Shown in pieces: positions 1-12,669 of a stretch of DNA of 64,000 nucleotides. This DNA comes from Eledone cirrhosa (taxonomy: Eukaryota), in NCBI GenBank assembly GCA_964016885.1, contig OZ024743.1:252278001-252342000 (forward strand), read 5' to 3'. A program made the translations under genes and the position numbers. The notes below the pieces were generated by a model. The model was given only the letters and a program-made list of their open reading frames with translations, was not told where the DNA came from and did no database searches. Within the stretch, counting starts at the first letter, position 1, and each line of letters begins with the position of its first letter.

Positions 1-219
1 TTGTACTGCAGAAGACCTGCCTTCCCATGTCTCCCTGGTCCTAATGCCCCATTCTCACCAGCTAAATAACCTATGCCCTTTGCCAATATTGAAATTACTT
101 ACATGTCTTCTCCTCCAAACCCTCACCCTTGATACTCCTTGCCTGCCAAACCCATGTATACAAAAAAAGCATGAAAGCTTGACATGCTCAACATCTAATA
201 TCCCACAATGGTCTACTGT

Positions 220-628
220 TTATGCTGCTCCGGTGCCACAACAACAAAAGTATCCAGTCCATCCTGTAAGGTGGTTGTGTTGGGGTCAGGAGAAAAACCA
301 TTGGGTCTACTCTGTTAGGTGTTCACACTGGTGACATAACAAAAAGCACCGAGTTTATGCTGTCAGGTGGTCATGCTGATGACATGATAAAAAGCATCTT
401 GTTCACCCTGTTAGGTGGTCATTTTGGTGCCAAGCTAAATAGCATCCAGTCGACACTGTAATGGGGTTGACATTACGAATGGCATCCAGCTGTAGAAACC
501 AACCCAAAATATAGATCCATTTGAGCATGTTGTGGTCTCCAGATCTGACTTGTCTCATTAGGTGACAACCTGTCTAACCCATGCAAGTGTGGAGAAATGA
601 ATGTTAAATGATGATGATGATGATGATG
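220..628 (+). mobile_element. Degenerate RTE-type 3' UTR / RTE-dependent SINE end with (GAT)n tail
   Basis: Repeated ~45-bp 'aaaagcacc...ctgt..ggtggt' units, then GGCATCCAGCTGTAGAAACC and AACCCATGCAAGTGTGGA...GTTAAATGATGATG, matching the RTE 3' end at 7570-7720. Confidence 0.7.
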
Positions 629-753
629 TATATATATATTTATATATATATATATATTTGTTTTGCGAGGTTTTTGATATGAAATCATGTGTCTAAACAA
701 ATATTGTTATACTTGGGGAGGGTCATATTGTTGTAATAGGAAGAACATAAAAG

Positions 754-797
754 CACCACTGACGATGTTGCAGATGTGCAACGAAAGAACTTTGTTA
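754..797 (+). ncRNA. Hammerhead-like motif (family A; weak stem I)
   Basis: CTGACGA-t-GTTGCA-gatg-TGCAAC-GAAA; stem I/III pairing poor. Confidence 0.5.
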
Positions 798-1114
798 GAC
801 TATATATATATGTGTTTATATCTATATTATATCTTTATTTTTGACTGTTGGTCAGTCAATGGTAAACATTGAGGACCGAATGAATTAACTGATATAAAAG
901 ATACACAAGTGAAAACCAACCAAACAGTGAGTGTGTTCTGTTATTAATTCTGGCAATATTATTACAACAATATGACCCTCCCCAAGTATAACACTATGCA
1001 CACACACAAACGCATGTGCAAAGAAGACAAAATAAAATAAACAAATAGATAAATATATTAACAGACTAAATAAAGATGGCGTAGAAAATACAATGCAATG
1101 GGAGGAAACAATAG

Positions 1115-1158
1115 CACCACTGAAGATGTTGCAGATGTGCAATGAAAGAACTTTGATA
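1115..1158 (+). ncRNA. Hammerhead-like motif (family A, second tandem copy)
   Basis: CTGAAGA-t-GTTGCA-gatg-TGCAAT-GAAA. Confidence 0.45.
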
Positions 1159-1456
1159 AACTATATATATGTGTTTGTGTCTATATTATATCTGTATTTT
1201 TGACAGTTGGTCAGTCACTGGCAACATTGAGGACCGAATAAATTAGATTACCGATATAAAAGACACAGAAGCGAAAAGCGAAAACAAACCAAACAGTGAG
1301 TGTGTTCTGTTATTAATTCTGGCAATATTACACAAATATGACCCTCCCCAAATATAACAATATCTGTTTCGACAGACGATTTCATATAAAAAACCTCGCA
1401 AAATTAATTCATTGCCGTTATATATATATATATATATATGTATGTATATATGTATG

Positions 1457-1489
<33 letters not shown>

Positions 1490-1518
1490 ATATGTATGTA
1501 TATATATATATATATATA

Positions 1519-2088
1519 ACAAAGTGCAGGGCAATAAAGATAGACGGTAGTCACGGAATAGGCAGACCTAGAAAAACCTGGGACGAGCTGATAAACTCCG
1601 ACATCACACACTTACACCTCTCCAAGACAATGTCACTGGACCGAGACCTTTGGCGGTACTCAGTAACAGAGAAGACCCGCCTTACCTAAATATATAGTAA
1701 AACCTACTCCAGCCAGTAGGCATCTCTAACAAAATACACCCCGTCCCACCACCCCCACCCCCACCCCATCCACACCACCCCGTTCTATGTAAAGTTATGT
1801 TGGTGCCGCGCCATCGAGGCCGAAACAAATGAGATCGTGTAGGTGTCACGACAAAAAAACACACAGTCCACGCTGTAATGTGGCCGTGTAGGCAACACGG
1901 TAAAAACCTCCCAGACCCACACTGTAAATGTGGTTGGTGTTAGGAAGGGCATCCAACTGTAGAAAACCTGCCAGACAGTCCTATGCGAGCAAGACAATCA
2001 CTCTTGCCTCAAGTGGGACTACCCCCGTCCAAACCCATGCAAGCGTGGAACACGGACGTTAAACGTTGATGATGATGATGATGATGAT
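1519..2088 (+). mobile_element. 5'-truncated RTE LINE (C-terminus + 3' UTR + (GAT)n)
   Basis: Encodes KCRAIKIDGSHGIGRPRKTWDELI..., nearly identical to 7178-7720. Confidence 0.92.
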
Positions 2089-2119
2089 ATATATGTAGAT
2101 ATACATATATATATACATG

Positions 2120-2154
<35 letters not shown>

Positions 2155-2167
2155 GTATATATACATG

Positions 2168-2197
<30 letters not shown>

Positions 2198-2198
<1 letters not shown>

Positions 2199-3772
2199 CA
2201 TCATCATCATCATCATCACCGTTTTACGTCCGTTCTTCCACGCTAGCATGGGTTAGACGGGTTGTCCTGTTGTGGGCAGTGTCTGGTCGGCTGACCATGC
2301 CTTGCTCATACAGGAACTGATTTGGCTTGATTTCTACAGCTGGATGCCCTTCCTAACACCAACCTCATTTACAGTGAGTGCTGGGTGCTTTTTCGTGGCG
2401 CCTACACATCCACTTTACTGTGTGGTCTGGGTGCTTTTTTGCCGTGGCACCTCCACGACCACCTTGCGGTGCGGGCATATTGTCTATATGCTTCAGCTTG
2501 TACCCATGGGAGGTCGGCTACTCTGTATTACTGCGTGACGCCAGAAGTCACGGTCGTGTGTCATTGCCTTTGAGAGGTGTAATTGGGTAAGGTCGGCTTT
2601 TATCACCTCATCCCAGGTCATCTTGGGTCTCCCCACTCTGCGGTTTCCATCAACTTCTAGTGCTCTGCACCTTTTTTATGCAGCTGTCATCCTTCATACG
2701 CATCACATGTCCATACCAGCGCAACCGCCTCTCCTGCACACAGCATTTGATTACTCTTATGCTCAGTCTCTCTCTCAATTCATTTATGCTTTGTCGTTCA
2801 CGTATATTACTGTTACACATCCATCGGAGCATGCAGGCTTCGTTTCTCTCTAATCTATGTAAGTCTTCCACCTTCAGCGCCCAGGTCTCACTACCATGCA
2901 ACATTGCTGTTCAGATACACGCATCATACAGTCTGCCTTTCATTCTGAGGGAGAAGCCTTTTGCAGCTAGCAGTGGTAGTAGTGCCCTAAACTTCTTCCA
3001 TCCCGTTCTTACCCTAGTTATTGTACTTTCTGAACACCCACCTCCGCTGCTAATTCGGTCACCTAGGTAGCAGAAGCTGTCTACTGTTTCTACAGAGCCC
3101 TCCCAGAGATTGGTGGTACTTGTTTCCTGTGGCTGTTTGCTGCTTGCTGTCTCAGCACAGCTGCTGCATGTGAAGCCTACATTCTTAATTAAGCTTCCTG
3201 AGATCCCACTACATCTCTTGTGTACCCATTGTTTGCATATGGGGCAGAGAATGGAGTTCCTACCTACACCTTTCCTACATACTGAGCAAGACCATTTCCC
3301 TGAGAAGATCTGGGTTCTGTTTTCTCGTCTACTTACAAGGAACTTAGTCTTTGTCATGTTGACTTTGAGACCCTTTCTTTCTAGTCCCTGCTTCCAAGTT
3401 TGGAATTTATTCTCTAGTTCTACCATAGATTCAGCTATGAGTGCGAGGACATTAGCATACAGGAGTTCCCATGGGCATCCGGTCTTAAACTCCTCCGTTA
3501 TTGCCTGCAGGACTATGATGAACAGGAGGGGGCTAAGAACAGAGCCCTGGTGGACCCCAACCTGTACGCTAAATTCCTCGCTATACTCATTGCTAATCCT
3601 AACTTTGCTGACTGCTCCCCTATACATGGCTTGTACCGCTTTCACAAGCCATTCATCTACTCCTAGTTTTCTAAGAGCCCACCAGATTACAGCACATGGA
3701 ACTCTGTCAAAGGCTTTCTCAAGGTCGACAAATACCAAGTAGAGTGGCTTACTTTTAGCTAGGTACTTTTCC
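2198..3772 (-). mobile_element. 5'-truncated, disabled RTE LINE (second subfamily)
   Basis: ORFs 2911-3738 and 2650-2904 carry FVDLEKAFD, GVHQGSVLSP, degenerate YANV (for YADD) and a PHD-like CxxC...HKRC; premature TGA at 2911-2913; (CAT)n tail at 2198. Confidence 0.92.
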
Positions 3773-3774
3773 TA

Positions 3775-3816
<42 letters not shown>

Positions 3817-3987
3817 AGTGTGTGTGTGTTGTTTCAAAATGTAATTTGGATGAGACAGGTGTGTTTGTTATTTTTAATAAATATACATATACATTCAATT
3901 ATTTACTCTCATCTAGTATAGCCCAAAATGACCAATGACATATGAGATGAGTGAGATTTGGTAAATGGAAACTGTGTGGAAGCTCTT

Positions 3988-3993
3988 CATATA

Positions 3994-4044
<51 letters not shown>

Positions 4045-4078
4045 GTATGTATACATATGTATATATATATTTGTATAC

Positions 4079-4111
<33 letters not shown>

Positions 4112-4259
4112 TATGTATGTATATATATATGTATGTATATGTATGTGTATATATGTATGTATATATATACCTGTATATATGTATGTATATATATACATGT
4201 ATACATATATGTATATATATATATGTATATATGTATGTATATATATATACATGTATATA

Positions 4260-4306
<47 letters not shown>

Positions 4307-4375
4307 ATATATACATGTATATATGTATGTATATATATACATGTATATATGTATGTATATATATACATGTATATA

Positions 4376-4428
<53 letters not shown>

Positions 4429-4445
4429 ATATATACATGTATATA

Positions 4446-4505
<60 letters not shown>
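3988..4505. repeat. (TA)n microsatellite with TG/CA interruptions
   Basis: Direct reading. Confidence 0.98.
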
Positions 4506-4507
<2 letters not shown>

Positions 4508-4881
4508 CAAAGGTATATATATTGAGTTAGAAACTCAAAATAGTCTCTTACAATAAAATAGCTCTAAGAAAGAGATTTTTCCGAACTGTATATTATAATT
4601 GAATATAAAAGAAATACGAACACAGATATATTCATATATTTGTTCAAATCGTAAGGGACCAGATTCACAGCAATTTTGTGAAACAGCATTACCAAAGTTG
4701 TCTGGGTGATTTGTAGTTACCACAATTCCAGTTTGAATTTATTTTCTTGATTTATTCTTAAATTGAGTCTGGTAAACCCTATTGTCTATAGTTAGTATTC
4801 TTTTCACTTTAGCGAATTGGGTCCCTTACGATTTGAACACATATATGTATATATCTGTGTTGGTTTTTCTTTTATATTCAA
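4506..4881. repeat. TA-flanked fold-back element (arms ~4590-4660 and 4819-4881), right arm interrupted by an RTE
   Basis: ttgaatataaaagaaatacgaacacagatat...cgtaagggacc is mirrored at 4819-4881; the arm resumes at 7721 (attcaattataatata). Confidence 0.75.
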
Positions 4882-7360
4882 AAAACGTGACAATCACCTG
4901 ATCACCTATAGATCCGGGGAACACACAAGCCAGGTAGATTATATCCTTACCAGAAGACGTGACAGAGTGTCTGTTGTAAACACTAAATCCCTCCCCCATG
5001 AAGAATGCACCTCCCAACATAGACTGATAATTAGCGACCTCATAGTCAGGACGAGACATACTCGACAGCAGAAGAGGACTATCCTCAGGAGGAAAATATG
5101 GAAACTAAAGGACCCCACAGCCAGAAATAAATTTCAAAGCATATTACTTGATGCTTTCGACAGTAAGGAAGAGCATCTAGAATCGGACAATATAGAGGGA
5201 CAGTGGGAATTTCTGAAAGCAAACCTGCTGTTGGCGACAGACGAAGTCTGTGGCTGGAGCAGGCCTGTAGGCAGGAGGAGAGTAACATGGTGGTGGAACA
5301 GTAGGGTGGAGGGGTCAATTAAGGCCAAAAAGCAGGCTTGGAAAGTATGGCGGGATGGGGGAAGTAGAGTAGACTATCAAGTGGCCAGGAGGGAAGCTAG
5401 GAGAGAAGTGTACTTAGCAAGAAGGGAAGCTGAGGAAAGAAAGTTCAAGCATGTTCTACAACGCGATGACCAAAAACGTGAGGTGTTCAGGATTGCCAGG
5501 CAATGCGTCAAGGAAAACCGTGATATTGTCGGGGAGAAGTGTGTACTTAACGATGATGGCATACTTGCCATCACCGACACTGATAAGAAGGTAGCTTGGA
5601 AGTGTCACTATGAAAGGCTACTAAATGAGGAGAATAAATGGGAGAAAGACAGTCTCCCCCATATCGACCCGATAGAGGGACCAGCAGTGTTAGTCGAGGG
5701 GAGTATAATAAGTAAGGCAATCAAGGATATGAAGACGGGTAAGGCGGCTGGGCCTTCGGAAATAGTTGCTGAGATGCTGAAGGCATCTGGCACGGTGGGA
5801 CACACCATGGTCACCCACATAGTTAACCAAGTCGTACAGAATGGGGTTGTTCCGAAGGACTGGCATAGCAGCATCATCGTTAACTGTTATAAGGGTAAAG
5901 GAGACGCCCTAGATAGGAGTAACTATAGAGGCATTAAATTAATCGACCAGGTCATGAAGGTCACGGAAAAAGTAATAGCGCAACTAATCAGAGAGAGAAT
6001 TGACCTAGATGAAATGCAGTTCGGGTTTGTGTCAGGCAAAAGCACCACAGACGCTCTTTTCATAGTACGACAACTACAGGAGAAGTACCTAGCTAAAGGT
6101 AAACCCCTCTACTTAGCTTTTGTCGACCTGGAGAAAGCCTTCGACAGAGTCCCCCGCTCCATTATCTGGTGGGCTCTTAGAAAACTAGGCGTTGACGAAT
6201 GGCTTGTGAGGGCTATACAAGCCATGTATAAAGAAACAGTCAGCAAGGTTAGAATTAACAACGAATATAGTGAAGAGTTTAGCGTAAAAGTTGGCGTCCA
6301 TCAGGGCTCTGTTCTCAGCCCCCTACTATTTATTATTGCCCTTCAGGCTATAACAGAGGAGTTCAAGACAGGCTGCCCATGGGAACTCCTATACACAGAC
6401 GACCTGACACTCATAGCGGAATCAATGGCCGAGCTAGAGAAGAAATTCCAAACATGGAAGCACGGCCTAGAGTCAAAAGGACTTAAAATTAACCTGGCTA
6501 AGACCAAAGCTCTAGTTTGTAGGAAAGAAAACAAGGCGGCGGTCCCTTCTGGGAAATGGTCGTGCTCGGTATGTAGGAAAGGCGTAGGTAGAAACTCCAT
6601 CTTATGTCCTAAATGCAAAGTATGGGTGCATAAAAGATGTAGTGGGATCACAGGTAAGCTAACTAAGAACATAGACTTTACATGTGGCCGGTGTTCTGGT
6701 GCAATAAGTAGCAGCAAGTGCCCACAAAATACTAGCTCTTTCAATTGCACAGAGGGTTCTATAGAAATAGTGGACAGCTTCCGTTACCTGGGCGATAAAA
6801 TCAGCAGTGGGGGAGGGTGCTCTGAAAGTACTGTAGCTAGAGTCAGAACTGGTTGGAAAAAGTTCAGAGAGCTTATACCACTATTAGCTGCTAAAGGGTT
6901 CTCCCTAAAAATGAAAGGCAGGTTGTACGATGCCTGCATACGAACAGCAATGTTGCATGGTAGTGAGACCTGGGCATTGTGTGCAGAGGATATACGCAGA
7001 CTAGAGAGGAACGAAGCTTGCATGCTCCGCTGGATGTGTAACAGTAATATACGTGAACGGCAAAGCATAAACGAACTAAGGAAAAAATTAGAGATAAGAG
7101 GGATCAGATGTTGTTTACTCGAGAGAAGGCTGCGTTGGTATGGACACGTGATGCGCATGAAAGTCGATAGCTGTATTACAAAGTGCAGGGCAATAAAGAT
7201 AGATGGTAGCCACGGAATAGGCAGACCTAGAAAAACATGGGATGAGCTGATAAACTCCGACCTCACACACTTACACCTCTCCAAGACAATGTCACTGGAC
7301 CGAGACCTTTGGCGGTACTCAGTAACAGAGAAGACCCGCCTTGCCAGTAGGCATCTCTAA
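4877..7360 (+). CDS. RTE polyprotein: APE C-terminus, reverse transcriptase, PHD-type zinc finger, C-terminal RTE motifs (no native start)
   Basis: HLITYRSG...SQVDYIL, SQHRLI, NYRGIKL, QFGF, FVDLEKAFDRV, GVHQGSVLSP, LLYTDD, FRYLG, RRLRWYGHVMRM, GRPRKTW. Codons of the 4817 ORF upstream of 4877 are flank. Confidence 0.92.
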   Translation, partial: FKKRDNHLITYRSGEHTSQVDYILTRRRDRVSVVNTKSLPHEECTSQHRLIISDLIVRTRHTRQQKRTILRRKIWKLKDPTARNKFQSILLDAFDSKEEHLESDNIEGQWEFLKANLLLATDEVCGWSRPVGRRRVTWWWNSRVEGSIKAKKQAWKVWRDGGSRVDYQVARREARREVYLARREAEERKFKHVLQRDDQKREVFRIARQCVKENRDIVGEKCVLNDDGILAITDTDKKVAWKCHYERLLNEENKWEKDSLPHIDPIEGPAVLVEGSIISKAIKDMKTGKAAGPSEIVAEMLKASGTVGHTMVTHIVNQVVQNGVVPKDWHSSIIVNCYKGKGDALDRSNYRGIKLIDQVMKVTEKVIAQLIRERIDLDEMQFGFVSGKSTTDALFIVRQLQEKYLAKGKPLYLAFVDLEKAFDRVPRSIIWWALRKLGVDEWLVRAIQAMYKETVSKVRINNEYSEEFSVKVGVHQGSVLSPLLFIIALQAITEEFKTGCPWELLYTDDLTLIAESMAELEKKFQTWKHGLESKGLKINLAKTKALVCRKENKAAVPSGKWSCSVCRKGVGRNSILCPKCKVWVHKRCSGITGKLTKNIDFTCGRCSGAISSSKCPQNTSSFNCTEGSIEIVDSFRYLGDKISSGGGCSESTVARVRTGWKKFRELIPLLAAKGFSLKMKGRLYDACIRTAMLHGSETWALCAEDIRRLERNEACMLRWMCNSNIRERQSINELRKKLEIRGIRCCLLERRLRWYGHVMRMKVDSCITKCRAIKIDGSHGIGRPRKTWDELINSDLTHLHLSKTMSLDRDLWRYSVTEKTRLASRHL

Positions 7361-7720
7361 CAAAATACACCCCGTCCCGCCACCACCCCCACCCCATCCA
7401 CACCACCCCGTTCTATGTAAAGTTATGTTGGTGCCGCGCCATCCAGGCCGAAACAAATGAGATCGTGTAGGTGTCACGACAAAAAAACACACAGTCCACG
7501 CTGTAATGTGGCCGTGTAGGCAACACGGTAAAAACCTCCCAGACCCACACTGTAAATGTGGTTGGTGTTAGGAAGGGCATCCAACTGTAGAAAACCTGCC
7601 AGACAGTCCTATGCGAGCAAGACAATCACTCTTGCCTCAAGTGGGACTACCCCCGTCCAAACCCATGCAAGCGTGGAACACGGACGTTAAACGTTGATGA
7701 TGATGATGATGATGATGATG
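4882..7720 (+). mobile_element. RTE-clade LINE, 5'-truncated within the APE endonuclease domain
   Basis: Long ORF, 3' UTR, (GAT)n tail; ATTCAA duplicated at 4876-4881 and 7721-7726 (TSD/microhomology). Confidence 0.95.
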
Positions 7721-9302
7721 ATTCAATTATAATATATATATATATTTTATGTGTGTGTTTACATTTACTATTTGTCTATGTCCAGTAACATAGCACTTTA
7801 ACAGAAAGAGATTGATAAAATACATACCAATCTTTAAAAAATATATATCGGTGTCAATATGATCAACTAAATAGCTAGAAGGTTTGCCTTTCCATGACCA
7901 TATTTGAATGAATGAAACCAATAAACACTGGGTTTGATATGCTTGTAGACCTGTCCACTCTCCCCGTCCAACAGGATGATCTCCTACCCACTTTGAGTTG
8001 GGTGAGAGATGTCTTCTTTTGTGAAAATGGGTATAGATTTCACTATGTAAAATCTCCCCATTTTGCTTCATTTCTCCCCTTTTTGAGGCACTTGTACTCT
8101 CCCTTTTGGTTTTTAGAAGTTGGCAGGTCTGTGATTGACTAAATACCTCTCAGACGATGCGCCAGCATGTTCACAGTCTAATGACTAAAACCAATAAAAG
8201 AATACATATATATTCTTAATGAATTGGCATTGCTAGTATATAAATACATTTTTTATATACTTCAATAAAGATAATATTTCTGACTGTACAAGATACTGTA
8301 GAATAGTTGAAAGAAACTTCTTATGATTCTAGATATGTTATTTCATTATATATTATCCCTATGGAGAAGCTTGTCATGATGTTCACAACTGTAGTCATCA
8401 TTTTAGTAGGGAAAATGACCTTAAAACATTTGCTCTGTTAACAAAATTTGTCTTGAAATGTATTGGGAACATTTGAAATTTAATGTTGTCATTGCAATGC
8501 AGAACTGACTGTAATAATAGTCGATCACTATAAATAATAGTTATGAAAATTGGGTAAAATACCCTTGGAGTAGAAAAAGAAATGATAGAAATAGCTTGTT
8601 GCATTGTTATTTCATTGTATATATATATATATCATACATTACTTTAATTCATGAAATGCTGGGAATAACGATGAAATGTCTTTTTACCTGTGATAAATTG
8701 ATGCTCTATTTACTGTGGGATTTATATGTCTTCTGCTTATCTACTTTGTATCAGGAACTAGGAGTTAAGCACCTGCTTTTTATTGTGCGTTTATACTTTA
8801 AAAGACACATATTTACATATTTATATATTTTCTTCTCAGAGGGCTTCTACAGCATTGCTAATTATTTTTATTTATTTCTGTTATTTTTAGAGAAATATAT
8901 CATGTCAAAGAAATTTTATCTTCTCAGTCATCATTAGCATCAGCATGATGATGATGATGATCATCATCATGATCATTACTATCATCATTACCATTACCAT
9001 CATCATATATGTTTTTCCATGCTTGCATGGATTTTATGGGTCTTTCCCGAGATAGCATCTCACAATTTGTTGCATTTCTTTATTGTTTCCCACTGTGAAG
9101 TTGAACATCCTGAGATCAGCTTTCACCACTTGTGCTTCAACTCTTCCTTGGTCTTCATTTTCTGCAGTTTTCTTCCTCTTAAATCTCTTGAAACTTCTTC
9201 ACATAACTCTCATCATTCATATGCATTACATGTCAGTACCAGTACACACTTCTCTCTTGCATGCACCATCTTATTCCTCTCATTCTGTCAGTTCTATATA
9301 TA

Positions 9303-10641
9303 CAGGGTGTCCATAAAGTCTCTTTACAATCTAAAAAAATATATTACAATAGAAATTGATAAGATATCTTAATCAAATTTGTTCTATGTACTCAGTACTT
9401 ATCAAAGATATTTTTATCACAATGCATTTGTGTATTTCATGTAACCTGTCGATGAAAGAGGTACTGTTAAATGATCCCCTAAAAAATGGCTACTCCTCAA
9501 GAAAATGTACAGTGTGTGTCATGATTTATTCAAACAAAATTGAATACGCCGACTCAGCAAAACTACAGAACTAAGTATAGAAGAGATCCACTGTCACATT
9601 TGTCAATTCGTGCATAGCACAAGTAATTTATGGAGACAAGGACAGTGTTGGATAAAGGGAGAAGTGGATGGCCCAGAACATCTGAGGAAAACATCGATCG
9701 TGTAAGACAAGCCTTTCAGTGTTATCCTACAAAGTCCATCAGTACTACTGCCAGAATGATACAGCTGCCACGTTCAACAGTACAAAACATCCTACACAAG
9801 AACATGCGATTGTACACTTATAAAGTGCAACTCTTACAGGTACTCGAGCCAAATGATAAACCAAGACGAAAAGAGTTTGCAGTTAACATGCTAGGACAAA
9901 TTTCTGAGGATGAAACGTTCCTCACCCGAATTTGTTTTAGTGATGAGGCAACTTTTCATGTTTCAGGGAAACTGAACACACATAATGTGAGAATCTGGGG
10001 ATCAGAACACCCCCATGTGACTAGGGAACGTCACCGAGATAGTCCAAAGGTGAATGTGTGATGTGGGATCATGTGCAATCGAATAATTGGTCCATTTTTC
10101 TTCAACAAGACATCAATTACTGCAAATGTTTACCTTGATCTTTTGACTGAATATGTGGCACCACAATTAGATGACCTTCAACCAGCCATCATCTTCCAGC
10201 AAGATGTTGCACCACAACATTGGTGACTGCATATTCGTGGGTCCCTAAATCGAACATTTCTAGACCGGTGGACAGGAAGGGATGGCATGATTCCCTGGCC
10301 ACCTCGTTCACCAGATATCATCCCCCTGCACTTCTTTCTATGGGGTTATGTTAAAGATACGGTGTATTGAACAAAGATATGTGACATCACTGATTAAAAG
10401 CAAAAGATTACTGATGCCATTGCCACCATTGATGAGACTATGCTACAGTGAACATGGCAAGAAATCGTGTACCGTCTTGATGTGTTTCATGCAACCATTG
10501 GTGCCCATATAGAAGTGTATTACATTCGTTAAAAAACTTCAATATCTATTCCTTATTTTGTAATAATTTTTACATATACGTCTGTTTATTTGCTTTCGTA
10601 GTAAATTTTTTAAATTGTAAATAGACTTTATGGACAACCTG
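9303..10641 (+). mobile_element. Tc1/mariner DD41D-type (rosa/VS-like) transposon, full-length but pseudogenised
   Basis: TIRs CAGGGTGTCCATAAAGTCTCTTTACAAT / ATTGTAAATAGACTTTATGGACAACCTG with TA on both sides; FSDEATFHVSG, FQQD(V)AP...WPPRSPDIIPL(H)FFLWGYVK with 41 residues between 2nd and 3rd catalytic positions; several stops. Confidence 0.9.
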
Positions 10642-12384
10642 TATTTCTATAACTGCCATTTTACAGAGGAAGGCTTAGGTACTACAGCTGATGAACTGTA
10701 GTTATCTGGGGTTTCATGAGCATATTTCTAATGAAATACTCATTATTACTTTTATAAAATTATGTTGGAAAATTTTAATTTAAATAGGAACCCTTTAAAA
10801 TGGTTGGTTGTTTTGATTCATAGATAGAACCAGAACCAGTTTTGAACAAATTGGTATCAAAAGACCTGTTCTTAATAAAATATACTTTATAGGTGTATGC
10901 CTATAAAGTATATTTTATTAAGAACAGGTCATATAGAATCAACTTTATGTTCTTGTGGATACCAGCCACAAATTTTATGACACTATTTGTTCCAATGTAA
11001 AAACTAACAAGATAGGAGGTGCAATATAATGTAAAGGATCTGCCAACCATAAAAAATATTGTCCACAATATGATGGCCACAAAAATATTCAACAGCATAA
11101 ACATTTAGTTGCTTTATTGCTGTCTTTGTTTTTCATCTTTTTCTTATTTTTGCTTCCTTTCTTTCATTCTCTTTCTTTTCTTTTTTTAATCTCTCTTTGT
11201 ATCTCCTTTCTTGTTGCTTCTTAATTATAAGGGATATTAGATACTTCTCATTGTCTGTTGTGGCCTACTACCTCTCTGAAGATGTGGAGATTGATTAAAT
11301 AATAATGGGAGATTAAATAATAGAATAGCAAAAATGTTTAAATATATTCCAGTGTTTCCATTCATAGTTCAAATCTATTTGAAGTGAAGTTTGCTTTTCC
11401 TTCTCCGGGATCTAACAATGCATTCATCTTAGTGCGTTGGATTTCTGTTGCTTTCATTCACAAGTGTTCCACTTAGTTAATCAATAGGACAGCTGATCAT
11501 GAAATTAACATGCAAGTGGCTAAGCATTTCACAGGCATATGTATTCTTTACGGGATTCTCAGGAAGATTCAGCATTGCACATTTGTGAAAAGGATGGCCA
11601 TTTGAATTACAGGTACAACTAACTATTGTCAGGTGAATGGACTGGATTAACATGAAATAAATTGTCTTGCTCAATTAGACAATTTGTAGCCAGAAATTGA
11701 AATGTCATGAGCCAAACACCCTAACCACTAAGCTAGACGCCTTCACACCAATCTAGTACTTTTGGGTCAATATAATTAACTATTTCTTAACCTCAAATAT
11801 GTGACCTTGTGCTTAAGTTACAAATCTTTATTATATGAAAGAATCAATATTTAACTAAATAAAGTTCCAGGTTTCTGGCTAAATGGAATGAGATTGTGTA
11901 AATCATTACAAGTGTCCTGTTATATCTCCACATGAACTTCTCTATTCACTCAACCCTACTCTAAATTGATGATTATGATAAACGTGTGTATGAATCAGGA
12001 GGTCTCATAAAACTAAAGCTTCACTCCTATTCACTAATATTAGTGGATGAGAAATGACTATCCACATGGATAATACACTAAGCTGTCACAAGTACTCTCT
12101 CCAAAGTTTTCATAATTTTTTATTTTGATTTGGAAGACTGATGGTTTTAGGAGTAAAAAATGGGAAACACTTTAGTGCACATCCTTAATGGTGGAGACAA
12201 TGAGACAAAAGATGAAGTGTAACATTCTCTTTAGATTTTTGTACTCAATAAGAACACAAAATTTTATGTAGCGCAAAATGTTTCCTCTACCAAAAGAATA
12301 TGCCACATCGACTGTATGATAAATATAATTATTAATTATTTTAAGTAATTAACTTTTTATGCACATTAATTCCATTTAATTAAT

Positions 12385-12669
12385 GCAGTGTGGAAATGCC
12401 TCAACAGATTAAGATCTGGTATTGGTCGTACAAAAGTTAATCTGGTAAAATGGAGATATTTAAAGGATGGGGATGTTGTGAGTGACTGTGGCATCGAACC
12501 ACACCCTACGTAGCACCTCTTGATATGCCCCCTGCTGGAAAACCCCTGCAGAGCATTGGACCTGGCAGAGTTTAATGAGAAAGGACAGCAATGTGTTCAG
12601 CTTGTTGCAGTATCACATCTAGCCAAGCTCTATAGCCAACACGCTTGTGGACACGATAAGAAGTAGAAG
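12385..12669 (+). mobile_element. 3' end of an Ingi/Vingi-like LINE
   Basis: WKCLNRLRSGIGRTKVNLVKW...DCG...HLLICP zinc-knuckle remnant followed by GGACACGATAAGAAG tail. Confidence 0.6.

Larger units (their letters stand above)
661..1418 (+). mobile_element. Non-coding PLE family-A terminal repeat (pLTR): short inverted piece (661-737) plus two tandem units
   Basis: Similar to 33370-33846; two HHR-like cores 361 bp apart (759 and 1120); flanked by (TA)n. Confidence 0.8.

Noticed and set aside
2660-7284. ORFs such as 2660-3070, 3110-3742, 6343-6750, 6784-7284
   Set aside because: Antisense shadows of the RTE coding frame
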